Virus record (IMG/VR): IMGVR_UViG_3300042691_027609 | Length of the DNA stretch: 64,000 nt | Origin: a virus | Reading direction: 5' to 3' (one strand) | Shown here: in pieces, positions 57,009 to 64,000 of the stretch | Layout: every line of letters starts with the position of its first letter | Position numbering within the stretch: position 1 is the stretch's first letter | Made by a program: the position numbers and the translations under genes | Notes under the pieces: generated by a model | Told to the model about the DNA's origin: nothing | The model's database searches: none | The model's input: the letters and a program-made list of their open reading frames with translations, nothing else

Positions 57009-57287
57009 ATGAAAAAATGGTTCACAAACCTGTTTAAAGACGGAAACGATATCAACGAAAAATCCGTTATCGGTTTTGCTTCCTTCATAGTAATGACTGG
57101 GTTCGCTATCACAGATCTCATTACGGGCTACATGGGCAAGCCTTTACTAATCAACGAATTCATCTTTAATTCATTTTTGATAATGACTTTGGGAGCATTT
57201 GGCATATCCTCAGTAGATAAATTTATCAACAGTAAATACGAGAATAAGAAAAACGATCCAGAAACAACAGAAAATCCAGAAATATAA
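57009..57287 (+). CDS. Two-TM membrane protein (holin-like)
   Basis: Two hydrophobic helices and a charged C-terminal tail; first gene of the lysis cluster. Confidence 0.55.
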   Translation: MKKWFTNLFKDGNDINEKSVIGFASFIVMTGFAITDLITGYMGKPLLINEFIFNSFLIMTLGAFGISSVDKFINSKYENKKNDPETTENPEI

Positions 57288-57589
57288 TGGCACCAAAAAA
57301 ATCAGCAGCAGAGGCAGTAGCTGGAGCAGTGAAACCTCCGATCTCGTTTAAAGAGTTTTCCAAAGATCCTGTAAAAGGATTAATGTTTATTTGTATAATA
57401 GCAGTAGGATATTTGTACGTTGACATTAAGATGTCTAACAATGCTATCCAAGAAAAGCAAGATGCTAAGATACAACTACTAGAAACCAAAGTAGATCAAT
57501 TAACAGAAGCACTCAGAAGATCAGATAGCGCATCAAGCGCTTTGGCTTCTAAGATAGCTGTATTACAACAATTAGGAAAAATTCAATAA
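57287..57589 (+). CDS. Membrane-anchored coiled-coil protein
   Basis: One transmembrane helix followed by a coiled coil. Confidence 0.6.
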   Translation: MAPKKSAAEAVAGAVKPPISFKEFSKDPVKGLMFICIIAVGYLYVDIKMSNNAIQEKQDAKIQLLETKVDQLTEALRRSDSASSALASKIAVLQQLGKIQ

Positions 57590-57590
57590 T

Positions 57591-57923
57591 ATGAAATACT
57601 TAGTTTTATTGCTATTAATAATAGGTTGCGGAACTAAACAAGACTCTATAACTTTAGAAACCCAAAAATTAAATGAAGCAGTTGACTCATTACTTATTAA
57701 AAGCCAAAGAAATATTGACTCAGTTTCAGTCCAGCTTACAAAAACTGATAGCGCTGTTGTCGAAAAAGTAGAAAAAACAGTTCAAAAAATTGAACATTTG
57801 GAAATTGAAAATAAACAACTAAAAGAAGAAAATGCGGAACTTAAAACTGAACTTAACAATTCTAAGTCTTCTGGTAAGCCTTACAAGCTTTTGCCAACAG
57901 TACCCAGAAACCAAGGTGATTAA
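57591..57923 (+). CDS. Coiled-coil lipoprotein (spanin candidate)
   Basis: MKYLVLLLLIIG-C lipobox followed by a coiled coil. Confidence 0.6.
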   Translation: MKYLVLLLLIIGCGTKQDSITLETQKLNEAVDSLLIKSQRNIDSVSVQLTKTDSAVVEKVEKTVQKIEHLEIENKQLKEENAELKTELNNSKSSGKPYKLLPTVPRNQGD

Positions 57924-58260
57924 TGGCAGAGAAGTTGTTATTATGACTGTTGAACAAGCAGACGATATCAATAAACTATTCGTTGGTTACCAAGATAGCA
58001 TTAAAGTATTGAATAATAAAATCAACAACTTAGCAAAAGAAGTTAGGTTCGCTTCTAAACAAATAGAAGCATTAGATGGCACTCTTAACGAAGTAAAAAC
58101 TGATAATAGCAAAAAAGATCAAGAGATAGTTTATTACAAAGAGCAAATGCGTCGTATTGAAAAACTGGAATGGATTGATAAAAGAACTAGAGTAAGAGTT
58201 GGAGTTGGTCTCGCAGGCATATTATTAGCATGGACAACATTATTTATATTTTCAAAATAA
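57832..58260 (+). CDS. Exported coiled-coil protein with a C-terminal TM helix (spanin candidate)
   Basis: Signal-like N-terminus and C-terminal hydrophobic helix; overlaps the upstream lipoprotein gene. Confidence 0.55.
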   Translation: MRNLKLNLTILSLLVSLTSFCQQYPETKVINGREVVIMTVEQADDINKLFVGYQDSIKVLNNKINNLAKEVRFASKQIEALDGTLNEVKTDNSKKDQEIVYYKEQMRRIEKLEWIDKRTRVRVGVGLAGILLAWTTLFIFSK

Positions 58261-58263
58261 AAT

Positions 58264-58569
58264 ATGTTTAGCTATCCCAATTTATGGGTAATTGTAAGTG
58301 GTATTGTATTAGGACTTGCTTTTATCACCTCCACAGTATATTACGTTAATAAACTGTTTGTTAGTACCACAAAAGACGTCCTTGTTCGTTTTATCATTCT
58401 AGTATTCGCTGCTTTAGTTGCTCTATTTATAGTTGATAAGGTCGTTGCGTTTAAGATAAAACTTTTACCTGACGAACAGAATGCACAGCTGTTTGATTTA
58501 ATTAAGACTCTAGTACTAATGATATTTAGCTACTATTTTGGAACTCAAAAAAACGATAAAAAAGAATAA
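58264..58569 (+). CDS. Three-TM holin candidate
   Basis: Three hydrophobic helices, YYFG motif and charged tail; directly upstream of the endolysin. Confidence 0.65.
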   Translation: MFSYPNLWVIVSGIVLGLAFITSTVYYVNKLFVSTTKDVLVRFIILVFAALVALFIVDKVVAFKIKLLPDEQNAQLFDLIKTLVLMIFSYYFGTQKNDKKE

Positions 58570-58571
58570 CA

Positions 58572-59171
58572 ATGAATCTACAAAAATTAAAAGGACACGT
58601 TCCCGATGCAGTTATAGCTCAATTACCTGACACTATAGCTAAGTTTGAATTGAACACTCCGCTTCGTCTGGCACACTTTTTAGCGCAAGCTGGTCACGAA
58701 TCAGGTGGATTTAAAGCAGTGAACGAAAATTTAAATTACGGAGCAAAAGGATTATTAACAATTTTCAAAAAGTATTTTTCTTCATCAGATAAAGCACTAG
58801 CATACGAACGCAAACCAGAGAAGATCGCCAATTTAGTATACGGCGGTAGAATGGGAAACGGCCCTGAAGCGACAGGTGAAGGATTTAAATTTCGTGGTCG
58901 TGGATACATACAATTAACTGGTAAAGATAACTATAGGGCATTTGATGCAATTGTGCCTGAGAATTTGCTAGAATCACCAGATTTAGTAGCAACTAAATAT
59001 CCGTTATTATCTGCTGCTTGGTTTTTTCATAAGAACGCACTTCATAAGATTGCTGACAAAGGCGCGACAGACGCAGTTGTAACTGAGGTTACAAAACGAG
59101 TAAATGGAGGAACAATCGGTTTACCAGACAGAATCAAACACTTTAAGGAATATTATTCTCTTCTGACGTAA
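58572..59171 (+). CDS. Endolysin, glycoside hydrolase family 19
   Basis: AHFLAQ..HES, ENLNY, FRGRGYIQLTG and VNGG..GL.DR motifs. Confidence 0.93.
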   Translation: MNLQKLKGHVPDAVIAQLPDTIAKFELNTPLRLAHFLAQAGHESGGFKAVNENLNYGAKGLLTIFKKYFSSSDKALAYERKPEKIANLVYGGRMGNGPEATGEGFKFRGRGYIQLTGKDNYRAFDAIVPENLLESPDLVATKYPLLSAAWFFHKNALHKIADKGATDAVVTEVTKRVNGGTIGLPDRIKHFKEYYSLLT

Positions 59172-59526
59172 CATCATCAGGAGCAGAATGCGATGAATTA
59201 TATGGCTCGTACGAATTATAAGAACCGTATGAGCCATTATTATGTTGTGGCGTGTTTTTACTAATTATCATCTTCACAACGCCTTCAGAAGTTATAAAAC
59301 CCAATCCAGATAATATTATATAAAAATCGTATTCTAATACAGTGCCTAAAGAATCTAATAGGTCTTTCTCAACACGACCTTTTGGCAAGTACATAATTAC
59401 GTAACACACTAGAAAAAGAATAACAAAAGAGGCCAAAATAAAGTGTAAAGCCACCAACAAAGTTATCAGTCTCTTAGACGATGTAGGATCATTCGCGCTT
59501 AAAATATTTTTCCAAAAACTTTTCAT
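59143..59526 (-). CDS. Membrane protein on the opposite strand (holin/antiholin candidate)
   Basis: SSKR followed by two TM helices; ATATTTAT on the minus strand at 59541-59534. Confidence 0.7.
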   Translation of the reverse strand: MKSFWKNILSANDPTSSKRLITLLVALHFILASFVILFLVCYVIMYLPKGRVEKDLLDSLGTVLEYDFYIILSGLGFITSEGVVKMIISKNTPQHNNGSYGSYNSYEPYNSSHSAPDDVTSEENNIP

Positions 59527-59596
59527 ACCAAATATAAATATTGACTATAGCGAAGATTATTATGTATATTAAATGTATTAACAAATAACACTTTTT

Positions 59597-59920
59597 ATGG
59601 CTTGTCACAATGTATACATGAAAAATGAAGATGAATTTTTTGAGAAGATGAAAGCGAGAGATTCTGAATTGATACTAAAAATGGTTAAGTGCGTTATAAG
59701 CGCGCATAAAAGAAAAAGAGAGAAAATTAATATTTTTGATATAGTATTCAAAGATACAACATCTATGACTTTTGCGATGGAAAAATCTGAATATAAAAAA
59801 TTCCTTGAGAACTGTATGCAAGACATGATAAACATAGAAGAGTATGAAATATGTTCTGAGATAAAAAAAATTATCACAAGAAAACCAAGACAATCTAAAA
59901 ATAAAACTGCTACCGAATAA
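59597..59920 (+). CDS. Hypothetical protein
   Basis: Clean ORF; EEYEIC..I short helical motif. Confidence 0.6.
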   Translation: MACHNVYMKNEDEFFEKMKARDSELILKMVKCVISAHKRKREKINIFDIVFKDTTSMTFAMEKSEYKKFLENCMQDMINIEEYEICSEIKKIITRKPRQSKNKTATE

Positions 59921-59970
59921 TAAAGCTATTAACAAAAAAAATTTTTTTATACATTTATAAAAACATAATT

Positions 59971-60204
59971 ATGGATCAACAACAAGTAAAACTAAATTTT
60001 AGTCTTGATAAGACTACTGGTATTGAATGTGAAAAGTGTGGAAGCCAAACGTTTCAAGAGTCTATGCTAATTAGGAAAGCATCAAAATTTCTAACAGGTA
60101 CAGCTCAAGATGCAATTATTCCTATTCCAACATTCTGTTGCACTCAATGCGGTCACGTTAACGAAGAGTTTCTACCAGCAGATTTAAAACCAAAAATTCA
60201 ATAA
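59971..60204 (+). CDS. Small zinc-ribbon protein
   Basis: CEKCG...CTQCGH motif. Confidence 0.75.
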   Translation: MDQQQVKLNFSLDKTTGIECEKCGSQTFQESMLIRKASKFLTGTAQDAIIPIPTFCCTQCGHVNEEFLPADLKPKIQ

Positions 60205-60207
60205 TAA

Positions 60208-60471
60208 ATGTACACTAAAGACTGTCGAGTTGTAGATTACAATCCACAAAATTCTAGAACTGTACTTAAGACTGACACAATAGTAGATTCTATTATTGAT
60301 AAGTTTATAAACAGAGCTGAGGTAGGTAAAGCAAAATACAAAAAAGATTTAGATAGAAGCGATCTAAGTTTAGATGAGTGGTTGAATCACGCTATCGAAG
60401 AACACATGGATGCTATACTCTATTTACAAAAAATAAAATCAGTTATAGGTGGCACCAAAACAAGACTATAA
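60208..60471 (+). CDS. Hypothetical helical protein (possible nucleotide pyrophosphohydrolase-like)
   Basis: R..G..KY..LDR.DL..WL.H..EE.MDA.LY pattern. Confidence 0.6.
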   Translation: MYTKDCRVVDYNPQNSRTVLKTDTIVDSIIDKFINRAEVGKAKYKKDLDRSDLSLDEWLNHAIEEHMDAILYLQKIKSVIGGTKTRL

Positions 60472-61351
60472 TATAGATTGGGCTACTCAAAAAGGAATAA
60501 GTTATTCTCAATATTCTTTGTACAACCAGTGTCAATTTCGGTGGTATCTCCAATATGTTAAGAAGATAAAGATTTTTGAGCCATCTATTCACTTAGTTTT
60601 TGGATCGTCTTTTCATGAAGCTTTTCAAGAGTACATAAAAATAATGTACGAGCAATCTGCAAAAGCTGCTAACGAATTTGATATAGAAACTTTTTTGAAG
60701 GAGCGTATGATCGAAAACTATAAGGAGATATACGAAGGAAATAACAACACGCATTTCGCTAAACCTAACGATTTTAAAGAATTTATAGATCAAGGAGTTA
60801 CAATATTAGAATGGATAAAAAAGAGAAGGGGTGACTATTTCAGTTTAAAAAATACCAAATTAGTTGGCATAGAAATACCAATCAGAAATGTTATAACTGA
60901 GTCCATTCCTAATGTGTTTGTTATAGGATCGATAGATCTAATCATGTACGAAAAAAATACTGATTCTTACACCATATATGACATAAAAACTTCAACAAGA
61001 GGTTGGAACGAAAACGATAAGCGAGACAAAATAAAGCTCAACCAAATTTTACTGTACAAATACTACTATGCACAAAAAATAGGAGTTCCGATAGAAAAGA
61101 TTGACGTTAAGTTTTTTATAGTTAAGAGAAAACCATTTGAGAACCCAGATTTTCCAGTTTATAGAGTACAGGAGTTTAGTCCAGCTAACGGAAAAAAGAA
61201 AGTTGAATCTGCAATTGAAGATTTCAAAATGTTTGTTAATAGTTGCTATGATCTATCTGGGAATCTTATAGAAAGAGACTATCCTAAAAATCTATCTTCG
61301 TGTATGTATTGTCCCTTCAATAACAAATCAGATCTTTGTAATAGACAATAA
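60449..61351 (+). CDS. PD-(D/E)XK nuclease, Cas4/RecB-like
   Basis: SYS..C, G..FH, G.IDL, DIKT, Q..LY and C-terminal CxxCP....C motifs. Confidence 0.88.
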   Translation: MAPKQDYNIDWATQKGISYSQYSLYNQCQFRWYLQYVKKIKIFEPSIHLVFGSSFHEAFQEYIKIMYEQSAKAANEFDIETFLKERMIENYKEIYEGNNNTHFAKPNDFKEFIDQGVTILEWIKKRRGDYFSLKNTKLVGIEIPIRNVITESIPNVFVIGSIDLIMYEKNTDSYTIYDIKTSTRGWNENDKRDKIKLNQILLYKYYYAQKIGVPIEKIDVKFFIVKRKPFENPDFPVYRVQEFSPANGKKKVESAIEDFKMFVNSCYDLSGNLIERDYPKNLSSCMYCPFNNKSDLCNRQ

Positions 61352-61407
61352 AAATAAATTTTCTTATTTATGTATTTATTATTTATATTTACGTATATTT
61401 ATTATAA

Positions 61408-61632
61408 ATGATAGACATGAACACATCAAAAAGAGTAATCACATCGGTAAAAATACCTGATAACTTGTATGAAGATTTTAAAATCGTTAATGTTAGAACA
61501 AAAATGAACTTGCAAGACCTTGTTGAAAGATCAATATTTTTGTATTTGACTGACTCTTCTTATAGACAAGTAGTACACAATCAATTTAACACTTACTACA
61601 CTGGTAGTGATATTTTAAACGCAGTAAAATAA
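61408..61632 (+). CDS. Small DNA-binding protein (ribbon-helix-helix-like)
   Basis: TSVKI..LY..FK...LQ.LV.RSI.LY pattern; start could be 61417. Confidence 0.55.
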   Translation: MIDMNTSKRVITSVKIPDNLYEDFKIVNVRTKMNLQDLVERSIFLYLTDSSYRQVVHNQFNTYYTGSDILNAVK

Positions 61633-61636
61633 AATT

Positions 61637-63079
61637 ATGATAGAAGGTTATATTCCAAAAGATCAAAGAAAAAAAATATTATTATTATGCGATGATATAA
61701 GAATGACATCAGGCATATCAACAATTGCAAGAGAAATAGTAGTCGGTACTTCACACAAATATAATTGGGTTAATTTAGGTGGTGCTATAAACCATCCTGA
61801 TCAAGGTAAGAGACTTGATTTGTGTCAAGATACGAATAATATCTTAGGCATCAATGATTCATCTGTATTCGTATATCCTATATCTGGTTATGGATCACCA
61901 GAAGCGGTTAGACAAATGATAAAGATGGAAAAGCCAGATGTTATAATGATGTTTACTGATCCAAGATATTGGATTTGGTTATTTCAAATGGAAAACGAAA
62001 TAAGAAAAAACATACCCATAGTTTATTTAAATATTTGGGATGATTTACCCGCTCCTATATACAACAAATCGTATTACGAATCATGCGATACGCTATTAGC
62101 AATTTCTAAACAGACTAAAAATATCAATGAATTGGTATTGGGAGATAAGGCTAAAGATAAGATTATAGAATATTTACCGCACGGTATAAATGAAAAAATG
62201 TTTTATCCAATAAACGAATTCATGACTGATGATTACAAAAGATTACAAGACAAGAGACAAGAGCTGTTTGGAAACGATATTCCAGAGTATGTAGTTTTTT
62301 ATAACGCTAGAAACATTCGAAGAAAATCTACCTCAGATTTAATCGCAGCATATTCTCAGTTTTGTGATTCTATAGGAAAAGAAAAAGCAAAAAAATGTAG
62401 ATTGTTACTGCACACAGATCCCGCGGACGAAAATGGTACAGACTTGCCAGCAGTTATAAATTTGCTTTGCGATCCTGAATATCAAAAAGTTACATTTACA
62501 AAAGGCAGAACGTCAACATTTGACATCAATTTATATTACAATTTAGCCGATGTTACTTGTTTAATATCATCAAACGAAGGATGGGGATTATCTCTAACAG
62601 AATCGATGATGTGTGGTAAAATGATCATTGGTAATGTAAGTGGCGGTATGCAAGATCAAATGAGATTTGAAGATGAGAATGGAAATTGGATTAATTTCAA
62701 TAAAAACTTTTGTTCAAACCATTTCGGAAAATATAAAAAGTGCGGAGATTGGGTAATCCCGGTTTTTCCAAGCAACCACAGCATTGTTGGATCAATACCA
62801 ACTCCGTATATATTTGACGATAGAGCAGACTTCAGAGAAGTTGCAAAAGCTATCCAACAAGTATACGAAATGCCTATAGAAGAGAGAAATAAACGAGGAA
62901 TGAACGGTAGAAAATGGGTTCAGTCAGATGAATCTGGTATGAGCGCAAGAAAAATGTGCGAAAAATTTTCAACAACCATTGAAAAAACATTGGAAAAATT
63001 TGAACCAAGACAAGACTTTGAACTTATTAAAATAGATAAATTGCCAAGAAAAAAATTATTACATCCACTAACATATTAA
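61637..63079 (+). CDS. Glycosyltransferase, GT-B fold (GT4-like)
   Basis: PHG, RNIRRK, YNLAD..SSNEGWGL..ESM motifs. Confidence 0.9.
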   Translation: MIEGYIPKDQRKKILLLCDDIRMTSGISTIAREIVVGTSHKYNWVNLGGAINHPDQGKRLDLCQDTNNILGINDSSVFVYPISGYGSPEAVRQMIKMEKPDVIMMFTDPRYWIWLFQMENEIRKNIPIVYLNIWDDLPAPIYNKSYYESCDTLLAISKQTKNINELVLGDKAKDKIIEYLPHGINEKMFYPINEFMTDDYKRLQDKRQELFGNDIPEYVVFYNARNIRRKSTSDLIAAYSQFCDSIGKEKAKKCRLLLHTDPADENGTDLPAVINLLCDPEYQKVTFTKGRTSTFDINLYYNLADVTCLISSNEGWGLSLTESMMCGKMIIGNVSGGMQDQMRFEDENGNWINFNKNFCSNHFGKYKKCGDWVIPVFPSNHSIVGSIPTPYIFDDRADFREVAKAIQQVYEMPIEERNKRGMNGRKWVQSDESGMSARKMCEKFSTTIEKTLEKFEPRQDFELIKIDKLPRKKLLHPLTY

Positions 63080-63080
63080 T

Positions 63081-64000
63081 ATGAATAAACAGTATTGCGT
63101 TATATCGTGTCCAATTGACACATATTCAGGTTACGGAGCAAGAGCTAGAGATTTCGTTAAAGCTTTATATGAACTTAAAAAAGATGAATGGGATATACAA
63201 ATATTATCTCAACGTTGGGGAAGCACGCCTTGGAATTACATAGAAAATAATAAATCAGATTGGGAATGGATTTTACCTCTCATCAATCAAAATAACCAGT
63301 TAACACAACAACCCGACATCTGGATTCAGATAACTGTACCTAACGAATTTCAACCTATAGGTAAATACAATATCGGAGTTACTGCAGGTATAGAAACTAC
63401 AATATGCGATGCGACATGGATAGATGGTATAAATAGGATGAATTTAACGTTAGTGTCTTCAACACACGCTAAAGCAGTATTTGAAAACACAATCTTTGAA
63501 GAGAGACATAAAGAGACAAACCAAGTTGTTAGACAAGTAAAATTAGAAAAGCCAATAGAAGTATTATTCGAAGGCGTTGACACTAGTAAGTTTTATTTTG
63601 TAGAAGAATCTAATTTACAGAAGACAAAACTAGTTAATAGTTTATCAGAAATAAAAGAATCATTTTGTTATCTGTTTGTTGGTCATTGGTTGCCTGGAGA
63701 CATCGGAGAAGATAGAAAAAATGTGGGTTTATTGATACATACGTTTTTAGATACATTTAAAGATAAAAAATCACAACCAGCATTAATACTAAAAACAGCT
63801 GGAGCTGGATCTTGCATAATGGATAGAGATATGATGTTAGAAAAAATTAACTCTATAAGAAATGCGGTTGACAGTAAAAATTTGCCTAATATATATTTGC
63901 TTCATGGCGAAATTAAAGACGAAGAGATGAATAATTTATATAATCATCCAAAAGTTAAAGCCATGGTAAATCTTACAAAAGGCGAGGGTTTTGGTCGTCC
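63081..64000 (+). CDS. Second GT4-like glycosyltransferase (truncated by the window edge)
   Basis: ATG at 63081: MNKQYCVISCPIDTYSGYGARARD...FVGHW..DRKN...KGEGFGR; open to the window end. Confidence 0.85.
   Translation, partial: MNKQYCVISCPIDTYSGYGARARDFVKALYELKKDEWDIQILSQRWGSTPWNYIENNKSDWEWILPLINQNNQLTQQPDIWIQITVPNEFQPIGKYNIGVTAGIETTICDATWIDGINRMNLTLVSSTHAKAVFENTIFEERHKETNQVVRQVKLEKPIEVLFEGVDTSKFYFVEESNLQKTKLVNSLSEIKESFCYLFVGHWLPGDIGEDRKNVGLLIHTFLDTFKDKKSQPALILKTAGAGSCIMDRDMMLEKINSIRNAVDSKNLPNIYLLHGEIKDEEMNNLYNHPKVKAMVNLTKGEGFGR

Noticed and set aside
60449-61351. CRISPR-Cas system suggested by the Cas4-like nuclease
   Set aside because: No repeat-spacer array or other cas genes in the window; stand-alone Cas4-like nucleases are common in phages.

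Overview
AT-rich segment of a large tailed dsDNA phage with a T4-like (myovirus) morphogenesis module. Almost all genes are on the + strand. The host is probably a Bacteroidota species: translation starts are A-rich with no Shine-Dalgarno motif, and the window has a Bacteroidota-style lipoprotein and outer-membrane barrel. Gene order is head (prohead protease, scaffold, major capsid), PhoH, neck, tail fibres with three Gly-rich paralogues, sheath, tube, tape measure and baseplate. Next comes replication (two family-A DNA polymerases, gp32-like SSB, RecA/UvsX, 5'-3' exonuclease, DnaB-like helicase, class II RNR), then Hsp20/GroES/GroEL, then a nucleotide-modification cluster. After that are a tRNA/tmRNA/ncRNA island with an HNH endonuclease, a lysis cassette with a GH19 endolysin, a Cas4-like nuclease and two GT4-type glycosyltransferases. 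Best leads: (1) a candidate cytosine hypermodification pathway; (2) three small genes sharing a capsid-targeting-like N-terminal tag, plus a head polyprotein carrying a ribosome modulation factor-like domain; (3) ORFs enclosed by long-range inverted repeats; (4) unusual RNAs in the tRNA island, including a tmRNA with a 25-aa tag; (5) a +1/-2 frameshift in the tail chaperone; (6) possible virion glycosylation. All calls come from reading the sequence by eye; no searches were run.
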